Assembly: GCA_016840095.1 (NCBI GenBank)
Contig: JAEOSZ010000111.1
Location: forward strand, 86,612 to 150,611
Direction: 5' to 3'
Source: Candidatus Heimdallarchaeota archaeon
Lineage (GTDB): Archaea > Asgardarchaeota > Heimdallarchaeia > Heimdallarchaeales > Heimdallarchaeaceae
Length of the DNA: 64,000 nucleotides
The notes under the pieces were generated by a model. It was not told the DNA's origin and ran no database searches. It saw nothing but the letters and a program-made list of their open reading frames with translations. This document shows, piece after piece, positions 27,206 through 34,969 of this stretch. Each line of letters begins with the position of its first letter. Position 1 is the first letter of the stretch. A program made the translations under genes and the position numbers.

Positions 27206-27574
27206 ATGAATAGTGAAGAATCTATCATCAACTATGTACTTAGGAATGAACTCGCTTCAAGAAATGTATCAGTTAGAGAAAATGCCACTTTTAAATTTGG
27301 TAGAAACAAATATGTGATAGATTTCTATCTAAATGGGCATGATATTGGTATTGTAACAATGAACTGGAAACGAACTATTCCAACAAATAAGTTACTCCAA
27401 CTTGAACAACTTATAATATCGCTAAAACTGAAAAAACTAGTTCTCGTGTGCAATTCTATAAGTTCTAACGCAAAAGACTTCCTAGCACGACGCAACATCC
27501 CAATACAGGTCATTCATCTAAATGAAATCTTGTATAAAGAAAGAAGGATTGAGGATTTGATAGCTAGTTATTAG
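27206..27574 (+). CDS. Small restriction-endonuclease-like (Mrr/PD-(D/E)XK fold) protein, probably degenerate
   Basis: VIDFYL..IGIVTMNWKRTI...LVLVCNSISSNAKDF..IQVI; the E-x-K motif is not conserved. Confidence 0.5.
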   Translation: MNSEESIINYVLRNELASRNVSVRENATFKFGRNKYVIDFYLNGHDIGIVTMNWKRTIPTNKLLQLEQLIISLKLKKLVLVCNSISSNAKDFLARRNIPIQVIHLNEILYKERRIEDLIASY

Positions 27575-27577
27575 AAT

Positions 27578-28594
27578 CTAAAGAAATGAATCTAAGATTG
27601 TTTGCTTTGAAAGTGGAATAGAACTAAATCCTTGTTTTCTTAGTTCTGCAGCAAATCTAGTTGTATATCCATAAATTGTGTATATCTGATCCGGATTGCT
27701 TAATTTGCAAATCTCAACTAGTTCATTATAATCTGCATGATCGCTTATAGGGTAACTATGGTCCACAGCCATTCTGTAATTGTAGTTGTCTGAAATAGCC
27801 CACCCAGTAAAAGCAAATAACTTTACATCATATTTCTTTTTCAGATACGAGAAGAAGAAATCTCTCCCAGATTTAAGTGGAGTAAAAAGTATCCATTGAT
27901 TTTTTTGGTCAAGGAAATTAGATTCTTTTGCTTCTGTATATGCCATTGCTGGAATAGATCCTTTAATTTTCTCTTCCAGAAGCAAGGAGTTTATTTTGTA
28001 ATTAGACCCATGCATGACAATATTATCAGAAAGATGCGAAAAAGCATTATAGAGCATTTGAGCTTTACCTAATGCATAACCCATCAGTACAACAGGAATA
28101 TCATTCTCTAGATATTCCGAGATTTGTTCCTGTGCTTCCTTTATCACATTACCATATGCTGGAAATATATAATCAGGTGACCCAAATGTACTTTCTATAA
28201 TTAAGATATCACACTTTTCTGGAGAGAAAGGTTCCAAGAATCCTTTATCTCGGGATGAAACATCCCCCGTATAAACAAGCTTCCCTTCTGAAGATTCAAT
28301 TATTAAAGCAGTAGACCCTACAATGTGTCCACTAGGTTTTTGTTTGAAAGTTGTAGAATCAACAGTATATGATTCAAAATAATTCCCCTCTTCATAGTTT
28401 TTAACAAAATTCTTCAAAAGAATTTTTGTTGTAGGTGATGTAATAATGTCAGTTTTAGGAATTTTTCTTGGGATATGATCTGAATGAGCGTGACTATAGA
28501 ATACAAGAGGATAATACTGTGAGTTCGTACTATCACAAGCAAGTTTCCAATTATTACCATTAACCCTTATTGTTTTAGAGAGAAAAACTTTCAT
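27578..28594 (-). CDS. MBL-fold beta-CASP nuclease with C-terminal PIP box
   Basis: SHAHSDH, SGHIVGS, YTGD, IESTFG, YALGKAQ, TGW, ISDHADY; ends KQTILDSFL. Confidence 0.85.
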   Translation of the reverse strand: MKVFLSKTIRVNGNNWKLACDSTNSQYYPLVFYSHAHSDHIPRKIPKTDIITSPTTKILLKNFVKNYEEGNYFESYTVDSTTFKQKPSGHIVGSTALIIESSEGKLVYTGDVSSRDKGFLEPFSPEKCDILIIESTFGSPDYIFPAYGNVIKEAQEQISEYLENDIPVVLMGYALGKAQMLYNAFSHLSDNIVMHGSNYKINSLLLEEKIKGSIPAMAYTEAKESNFLDQKNQWILFTPLKSGRDFFFSYLKKKYDVKLFAFTGWAISDNYNYRMAVDHSYPISDHADYNELVEICKLSNPDQIYTIYGYTTRFAAELRKQGFSSIPLSKQTILDSFL

Positions 28595-28660
28595 TATCCT
28601 CAGCACAATTGTGCAGATTTGCAATTATAAATATAATGTAAAAATAAGAAAAAAATAGAT

Positions 28661-29317
28661 TTATGCTTTATAAGGCATAATTTCTATTGCGATATTATCG
28701 TCTGTTAGTTCAACATCTCTAGCAGCCTTTTTAATGGCTTCCTTGGCTATTTGAACCATTTGGTCAGTTGTTAATTCATCTGAATACTTTTCTTTAAGAT
28801 AAGCAATAGCTTCTGAATCACCTTCTCCCATAGCTTTTGCTTTACATGAAACAACTCCACCACCAGGATCAACGAATTGTAAACTTGGTCCAGTTTCGTC
28901 TATTCCACCAAACAGCATACCAACACCAAATGGTCTTAATCCACCTTGTTGTGTAAAGACTTGAACATAATCTCCAGTTTTAATTGCTAGTCCTCTAACA
29001 TCCATTTGAACAGAGTATGTTAGTTTAAATATCTCAGCTTCAAGACGAGCTCTACTTATCAGAACACGACCATCAGCAGCTACTCCTGCAAAAATTGCTT
29101 GAATATTATCAGAGACTTTGTGAATTTTCAGATCAGGTTCATTGAGATCTACAACTCTTAATAAACCAGCTAAAACAACACCATGTTTACTCTTTATTCC
29201 TATTGCAATACTTCCTCTTCTAACTGATTCTCTTGCATATTCAGTTTGAATGATACGTCCTTCTGGAGAATACATTAGAGGTGATCTATCATAACCCATT
29301 GATTGTGGTCCTAACAT
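28661..29317 (-). CDS. psmA: 20S proteasome alpha subunit (divergent, short)
   Basis: GYDR..MYSPEGRI.Q.EYA, G..ADGRVL..ARLEA, TQQGGLRPFGV, DP.G, KAKAMG. Confidence 0.9.
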   Translation of the reverse strand: MLGPQSMGYDRSPLMYSPEGRIIQTEYARESVRRGSIAIGIKSKHGVVLAGLLRVVDLNEPDLKIHKVSDNIQAIFAGVAADGRVLISRARLEAEIFKLTYSVQMDVRGLAIKTGDYVQVFTQQGGLRPFGVGMLFGGIDETGPSLQFVDPGGGVVSCKAKAMGEGDSEAIAYLKEKYSDELTTDQMVQIAKEAIKKAARDVELTDDNIAIEIMPYKA

Positions 29318-29321
29318 TTTC

Positions 29322-29984
29322 TTAAGCCTCCAAGTAACCTTTTACTTCATCAGCTGCCAATCTCTTGACACCTTTTTTGTTCACTAACAAAACATCAATT
29401 CCGTCACCAGTAGCAGTATCTCTGCTTGTAGCTGTAGCTAAAGCAGTTATTGCAACTTTGAGTGCTTCTTCTTCAGTTAAACCATCTTTCCAGGTTGATT
29501 CTAAAACACCATATGCAACTAAAGATCCAGAACCTGTAGATGCAAAGTCTTCTTCAGTGATTCCACCTGCCATATCTAGTGTATAAATATGTGGTCCATC
29601 CTTATCCAGACCTGCAACAACCATGGCAACATAATATGGAAAATATGACCTATATTGTTCATACATGATAGAAGCCAGTAAATTTCCAGCCATTTTTGTA
29701 GTAGGTGAGTAACCTCTTCCAAGCGAATAGAGGTTGAGATTAGCTCTTGTAAGATGAACTAGATATTGTGCATCTCCAACCAATCCTGCAATTGTAGCAA
29801 CTGTAGATTCATTGAGTTCATGGACTTTTTCAGCTTTCTTTGAAGCAACAAAAGATCCCATAGAAGCTCTTTTGTCAGCCGCTACAACAGTACCTCCTTT
29901 AAATCTAACAGCAACAGTTGTAGTTCCATGCTTGGGATCCATCATCGGATTATTTCCCATTCCATTGAAATTCGGATTATTCAT
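29322..29984 (-). CDS. psmB: 20S proteasome beta subunit
   Basis: Propeptide ...KHG|TTTVA, AADKRAS, KVH, AGLVGDAQ, TGSGS..AYGVLE, RDTATGDG. Confidence 0.95.
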   Translation of the reverse strand: MNNPNFNGMGNNPMMDPKHGTTTVAVRFKGGTVVAADKRASMGSFVASKKAEKVHELNESTVATIAGLVGDAQYLVHLTRANLNLYSLGRGYSPTTKMAGNLLASIMYEQYRSYFPYYVAMVVAGLDKDGPHIYTLDMAGGITEEDFASTGSGSLVAYGVLESTWKDGLTEEEALKVAITALATATSRDTATGDGIDVLLVNKKGVKRLAADEVKGYLEA

Positions 29985-30046
29985 ATTAATTCCTCATTAT
30001 TTTTTATTTAATTTGTTTAAATATATAGTGTTCTATGAATGATTTT

Positions 30047-30763
30047 CTAATTGTATGTATCTTTGATAAAATCTTCAACAATTTCATAATCTTCAATTTC
30101 TATATTAACTTCATCTAGAGAATATATCTCATTTCTTATCCAGTTTGTAGCTTCTTGTATTTTGTTGTAACTAGGTAAGGATGTTCGATATTCAATGCTA
30201 ATTTGGTTTCCTTTTTGAATGTAGAGATGAACTCTATCATTATTGTTGTCTTCCCAACATAATTCAATACCTTCTTTGTTTTCTCTTTTGTAAAGAAATC
30301 TAAAATTACCGAACCATCTCTTTTCAAATGCTGAAACTAGTATTTCAGATTTTAATGGTGGAATTAAATGTATCTTTTTCCATTGGGAATAGAACCTGTT
30401 GTTCTGTATGTTAATAGCATTGTTAGTTATTAAATCCTTGATTAATCCTTTAGTATAATCGCTTCCAATATTTGTAAGTTCATATGTCCCATTATCTCTT
30501 CTGGATAGAAATTCTCTATCTATTAACCTTTTCAGAGCTTTAGTTAATTGATTTTGATGAAGCAAAGTAGTTTTCTTTAACCCTGAAAAACTATAAGAGA
30601 TTTGAGAATCTGATAAAGTTAATAATAGTTGGACCTCTGGTAATGTTAAATAATCATACTCATTACTATAGAAGTAATCCTTTGGAAGATTGCCTAACTC
30701 AAGGTTGTTATTGTAACCTTCTTTCAAGTTAGAAAAATCTCGATACCCTTGGTCCATATTCAT
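30047..30763 (-). CDS. Winged-helix domain protein (putative transcription regulator)
   Basis: LTLPEVQLLLTL...SFSGLKKTTLLHQNQLTKALKRLIDREFLSR..GTYELT. Confidence 0.7.
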   Translation of the reverse strand: MNMDQGYRDFSNLKEGYNNNLELGNLPKDYFYSNEYDYLTLPEVQLLLTLSDSQISYSFSGLKKTTLLHQNQLTKALKRLIDREFLSRRDNGTYELTNIGSDYTKGLIKDLITNNAINIQNNRFYSQWKKIHLIPPLKSEILVSAFEKRWFGNFRFLYKRENKEGIELCWEDNNNDRVHLYIQKGNQISIEYRTSLPSYNKIQEATNWIRNEIYSLDEVNIEIEDYEIVEDFIKDTYN

Positions 30764-30847
30764 AGTATTATCAATATTATATTATCATAGTACTTTATAA
30801 TGACTTGGTTTTTGCAGAATTTAAAGGAAAAAGAACAAAATATCTTT

Positions 30848-32593
30848 TCAGTTATCTTTCTCTCTATTGTTTTCTTTCTCTATTTCACTTGAAGGACTGA
30901 CTGAAGTAGGATGTAGGTATACTTCTCCATCTAAAATCGTATATGGTATTCTTCTTTCATCTATCCATGGAGCTGTTTCTCTGAATTCCTTGAACATATC
31001 ATTACTCACAATCATGGCATTCTCTTCTTCTGCTAGACGCAGAATGAATTTATCACCATCAACTCTAGCAGGTAACATTTTCATCGCTCCTTCCTTGACT
31101 AACCTATCTAACCGTTTTTGTTCATCAATTTGGTATCGCAATGCTGCATCTGCAACCGTAACGATTTTCTTGAAATTAGCTCTACTTAATCGATTGATCA
31201 TTGCTTCTATATTATTTATTTGTGGTTTATTTGAAAGACTCTTTTCTTCCCATGCTATATTTGAACCATCTAGAATAACCGTTTCTAAAGGATACGATAC
31301 TTCAGGGAAAATTCTTGAGCTTGTAGTTCGAACTCTTCTTGCAATTCCTAAAATGATATCTCTAGAGTAATAAGCTAAACCTATAATCAGTGAAACAAAG
31401 AAGATACTGTAAAAAATAATTGGTTGAAAAATAATTGGAGAGCTTTCAACTGGTATAACTGATACAGCTTGAAATTGTGTAAATAGAAGGATAGTATACC
31501 ATTTCGTCTCAGATACTGTAATCCATTCTAAATCTATACTAAAGGATAATGGGTGTGTTCCATCAATTTGAGGAACACCATAAATGTAATTGTTGTGTCT
31601 ACCTCCCGCAATTCCCACAGAAACATCTTCAATACCTTCAAAAATTATCTGATCGCAATGAATCTCTGGAACAACGTATAACGTTTCATTTTCGTTGTTA
31701 ATTATCTGATATGTTATCACATAATCCTCTCCCATATTCACAGAAATAGGTAGTTGAAAACTGTCAATAACTAAATCAGGTTCTACGATTATTTCTAGTG
31801 GATCACTTAGATAAACCCTTGGAGTATCTGGATCATCAATAGTTCTAAAGGTTATTGTAAATGAGTGTTTTTGGAAAAGGTAATCATCAGGATAGAATGA
31901 AATTATACCATCGTAAAATGCCCCTTCTGCAATTTCAATATTCTGTATTGAATGCGATCTTGTCATTGAACCATCTGTTCCAGTTTTTGTAATTTCATTT
32001 GTTACAGTTACATTTGTAACTGTAGTCCCTCCTACATTATTTATTCTACATGAAACTTGATTATCTTGATACCTTGTAAGAAAAGCAGGATTTGAAGGAA
32101 AGAACATCCTGACTTGTCCGAAAGGTAGAACAATTAGAGTAAAGGATGCTGTAGCATTGTAAGTTGTTGTTGTAGTACTGTTCGCAACAGCTTTAACAGT
32201 AAAAACTCCTCCGTCTTGACCATTAAAAGTTTGCCAAGGGACTGTACGATTGAATTCATCTGTCGTATTTACCCAAACAGTTTCTTCGAAGATATTCTCA
32301 CTAAAAGTGTTAGAGATATTGTAATAAACAGTTGAATCAGGGATTAGTGTATTATTTTCGTAGCAAAACTTCATAGTTAAATTGAGATCGTTTACTCCTC
32401 TAGTAATCTCTGATGGATTTGTATAAAAGCTGAAAGTAGCATTTTCAAAGCTTTGAATAACATATCGAGAGTTCTCTTCTATAGGAGGTTCTATAGCTAG
32501 TGCTACATTAGAAGTAGGATTAACAGTCATTGCCAAAAAGAAAATTCCTACTAAAACTATTAGAATGCTATTATTCAATAACCTCCTAAGCAT
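30848..32593 (-). CDS. Single-pass membrane protein: signal peptide, Ig-like ectodomains, TM, cytoplasmic NYN/Zc3h12a(Regnase)-like PIN RNase
   Basis: N-terminal signal peptide; sequon-rich beta ectodomain; TM IIFYSIFFVSLIIGLAYY; VILDGSNIAW, VADAAL, DGDKFIL, IVSNDMFKEF, WIDERRIPY. Confidence 0.85.
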   Translation of the reverse strand: MLRRLLNNSILIVLVGIFFLAMTVNPTSNVALAIEPPIEENSRYVIQSFENATFSFYTNPSEITRGVNDLNLTMKFCYENNTLIPDSTVYYNISNTFSENIFEETVWVNTTDEFNRTVPWQTFNGQDGGVFTVKAVANSTTTTTYNATASFTLIVLPFGQVRMFFPSNPAFLTRYQDNQVSCRINNVGGTTVTNVTVTNEITKTGTDGSMTRSHSIQNIEIAEGAFYDGIISFYPDDYLFQKHSFTITFRTIDDPDTPRVYLSDPLEIIVEPDLVIDSFQLPISVNMGEDYVITYQIINNENETLYVVPEIHCDQIIFEGIEDVSVGIAGGRHNNYIYGVPQIDGTHPLSFSIDLEWITVSETKWYTILLFTQFQAVSVIPVESSPIIFQPIIFYSIFFVSLIIGLAYYSRDIILGIARRVRTTSSRIFPEVSYPLETVILDGSNIAWEEKSLSNKPQINNIEAMINRLSRANFKKIVTVADAALRYQIDEQKRLDRLVKEGAMKMLPARVDGDKFILRLAEEENAMIVSNDMFKEFRETAPWIDERRIPYTILDGEVYLHPTSVSPSSEIEKENNREKDN

Positions 32594-32687
32594 TTATACA
32601 CTTCTATTTTTTTATTCAAGATAACATTTGAACTGGGTTTAATAAATTTTTGTTAATGTTTTCTGATTCTATAAGAATAAGAATAAT

Positions 32688-33013
32688 GGACGATGCAGAA
32701 ATACCCCTGATTCTGTTCGGAAGCCATTAGGATCTTCCTGGCAACATTCATCTAAGCACTTTACCCAGTTCTTACGAACTCTACTTAAGCTTGCTCCACG
32801 ATGTTTGACCGTTTCATCGTATCCTAGTTTCTTCTCAGCAATTTATTCTAAACATGTCACCAGTCTATTTATCGCATCATTGTTATCGAAACTAGGGCGT
32901 TCGTTTCTGTTTCAAGAGCCATATTCTCATATGGTGGATTTACATCCACATCGTTATTATGGAGTCAGGAGGTTCCTCAGCAATAAGCCGAAAGTTGCCC
33001 TTTTGCTTCGTCC
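32688..33013 (-). ncRNA. rnpB: RNase P RNA
   Basis: Minus strand 5' GGACGAAGCA...GAGGAACCTCCTGA..., internal ACAGAAACGAA and GAAACGG, 3' ...AACAGAATCAGGGG...TGCATCGTCC. P1 GGACGA/TCGTCC and P4-region CCTCCTGA/TCAGGGG pairings; about 326 nt. Confidence 0.88.
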
Positions 33014-33035
33014 AACTAAAAGTATTGAATTATAC

Positions 33036-33043
33036 TGATAAAT
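33036..33043 (-). promoter_or_regulatory. Putative TATA box for RNase P RNA
   Basis: ATTTATCA on the minus strand, centred about 27 nt upstream of the predicted 5' end. Confidence 0.4.
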
Positions 33044-33072
33044 GTAGCTGTAATAGTGAGTAGTTTTGTAAT

Positions 33073-34284
33073 CTAGATAACTTTCAGATTTTTACCTATT
33101 TTCTCCATTGCTGCTAAGATATAATCGATTTCTTCCTCAGTATGAGTTGCCATTACACAACATCTTAATCTTCCTGCATCTAGAGGGACAGCTGGATAAA
33201 CTATTGGTGGTACCAATATACCTGCTTTTCTCATTTGTTTTGCAAATCGAAAAGTTTTGACATCATTTCCAATAATGACAGGTACAATGGGCGTATCCTT
33301 ACTCTTTAATGTATCATACCCTAGCTCTTTAACACCATTAATGAAATGAGTATAGTTTTTCTGTAATGCTCTTATTCTCTCTATATCCGTTTCAATTATT
33401 TCTATTGCTTTAAGAGCTACAGCAGCTGATACTGGTGGAAGAGCTGCACTGAAGATAAACGCATTAGAATTGAACTTTAGATAAGTAATAACATCCTTAT
33501 TAGCAGCAATATATCCTCCTATTGATGGAATTGCTTTACTTAAAGTTCCCATGTAAATATCAATAGCTCCAGGTTCAAGATTGAAATAATCATCAATTCC
33601 TCTTCCATTCGGTCCTATAGTTCCTATTGAGTGAGCTTCATCTACCATTGTAAATGCTTTGTGTTGTTTTGCCAATTCAATAATTTCTGGCATCGGAGCT
33701 ATATCTCCATCCATACTATAAACTCCATCTACAATAACAATCACACGTTTGTAATTCTCACGATGTTCTTCAAGAACTTCAGCTAAGTTATCCATGTCAT
33801 TATGATTGAATCTCTTCCAATCTGCTTTTGACAATATACAACCATCATATATACTCTGATGATCATATTTGTCAATAATGATCAAATCATCTTTTCCAAA
33901 CAATGTGGATATCAAAGTCATATTAGTTACATAACCGCTGCTTAGAACCATTGCATCCTCAGTTCTTTTAAATTCAGAAATTTTCTTTTCTAGAGTATGG
34001 TGTAAATCTGTAGTTCCTGTTAGTAACCTAACACCACCTGCTCCTACACCATATTTATCCATAGCTTCATGTCCTACTTTTATGATTTCAGGATGAGTAA
34101 TGAGTCCCAAATAACTATAAGATCCCAACATTAGTAATTCTTGACCATCCACTAGAACTTTACTAGATGCAGCATTTTGGATAGGGAGCATGTAAGAGTT
34201 TAAACCAAGTTTCTCAAAGTACTTGGCTCTCTTTAAGAAATTCTTAATTTTAGTATTATCTGTGATTTTAGTAATTTTTCTCAC
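33073..34284 (-). CDS. PLP-dependent alpha-oxoamine synthase (serine palmitoyltransferase / BioF / Kbl family)
   Basis: MLGSYSYLGL, G.R.L.GT, DHQSI.DG, HNDM, DGVYSMDGD, VDEAHSIG, GTLSKA (PLP Lys), FSAALPP, RLR...ATHT. Confidence 0.9.
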   Translation of the reverse strand: MRKITKITDNTKIKNFLKRAKYFEKLGLNSYMLPIQNAASSKVLVDGQELLMLGSYSYLGLITHPEIIKVGHEAMDKYGVGAGGVRLLTGTTDLHHTLEKKISEFKRTEDAMVLSSGYVTNMTLISTLFGKDDLIIIDKYDHQSIYDGCILSKADWKRFNHNDMDNLAEVLEEHRENYKRVIVIVDGVYSMDGDIAPMPEIIELAKQHKAFTMVDEAHSIGTIGPNGRGIDDYFNLEPGAIDIYMGTLSKAIPSIGGYIAANKDVITYLKFNSNAFIFSAALPPVSAAVALKAIEIIETDIERIRALQKNYTHFINGVKELGYDTLKSKDTPIVPVIIGNDVKTFRFAKQMRKAGILVPPIVYPAVPLDAGRLRCCVMATHTEEEIDYILAAMEKIGKNLKVI

Positions 34285-34449
34285 CTAAACTAACTTGTAA
34301 CTTTCTAACTAGAATTTGAAATAAATATGTTACTAATAAAACTTCACTTGAAATCTATCAGAAAAATAGTTACAATGAATATTTCGTAGTTGAAATAATT
34401 ATTTGTGGGGTTTAAATAGGTTTGATAGACTGAGATAAATGAAAGTAAT

Positions 34450-34815
34450 ATGGCAAGTTTTTGGGGATTTTCTAGAGAATCAAAGGATATAGCAAAGCAA
34501 ACAATAGAAAAACATCTGCAACATATTACTACAAAAAAAGGTCAGATCACTGTTGAAGAATTGATTAAGCTTTTATGGAATGATTATCATCTTTTTGAGC
34601 ATTATCTTAAGCTCAATCTACGTTTAGAAGAGCTAGAAGATGAAGCAAAAATAATTATAGATTCAGAAAAAAACTTACGACCAACAAAAATGACTGTAAT
34701 TGAATCAGGAGAAATAAGAGAAATTGATGTTTGGGATTTTTATCAGAAGAAGGAACAAGCTGAAACTAATAAGAAAATAATAGAACGATACAAAAACATT
34801 AACTATCTTGCTTGA
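34450..34815 (+). CDS. Hypothetical protein
   Basis: ATG-initiated 121-aa ORF filling the gap; no recognised motif. Confidence 0.6.
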   Translation: MASFWGFSRESKDIAKQTIEKHLQHITTKKGQITVEELIKLLWNDYHLFEHYLKLNLRLEELEDEAKIIIDSEKNLRPTKMTVIESGEIREIDVWDFYQKKEQAETNKKIIERYKNINYLA

Positions 34816-34887
34816 ACTAATATTTAATCGAAAAATATAAAGAGGAGGGAGATTAGAAAACACAAGCTTAGATTTATATTATAACAA

Positions 34888-34963
34888 GGGCCAGTAGTTC
34901 AGTGGATAGAATGGCTGCCTGCGGAGCAGTTGGTCGACGGTTCGAATCCGTTCTGGCCCGCCA
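34888..34963 (+). tRNA. tRNA-Arg(GCG), CCA encoded
   Basis: Acceptor GGGCCAG/CTGGCCC; anticodon stem GCTGC/GCAGT with loop CT-GCG-GA; T loop TTCGAAT; G-CCA. Confidence 0.96.
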
Positions 34964-34969
34964 TTTTCT

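Noticed and set aside
30867-31370. 167-aa plus-strand ORF, and similar short antisense ORFs (e.g. 12537, 26722, 52557, 61176, 61891)
   Set aside because: Each lies largely or wholly opposite a gene with clear family motifs or better coding features and has no independent support.
32805-33038. 77-aa plus-strand ORF
   Set aside because: It lies antisense to the RNase P RNA and has no protein features.
11423-34963. tRNA genes as integration sites for an island or provirus
   Set aside because: I saw no integrase or transposase, no duplicated tRNA 3' end and no obvious compositional shift; the flanking genes are housekeeping-type.
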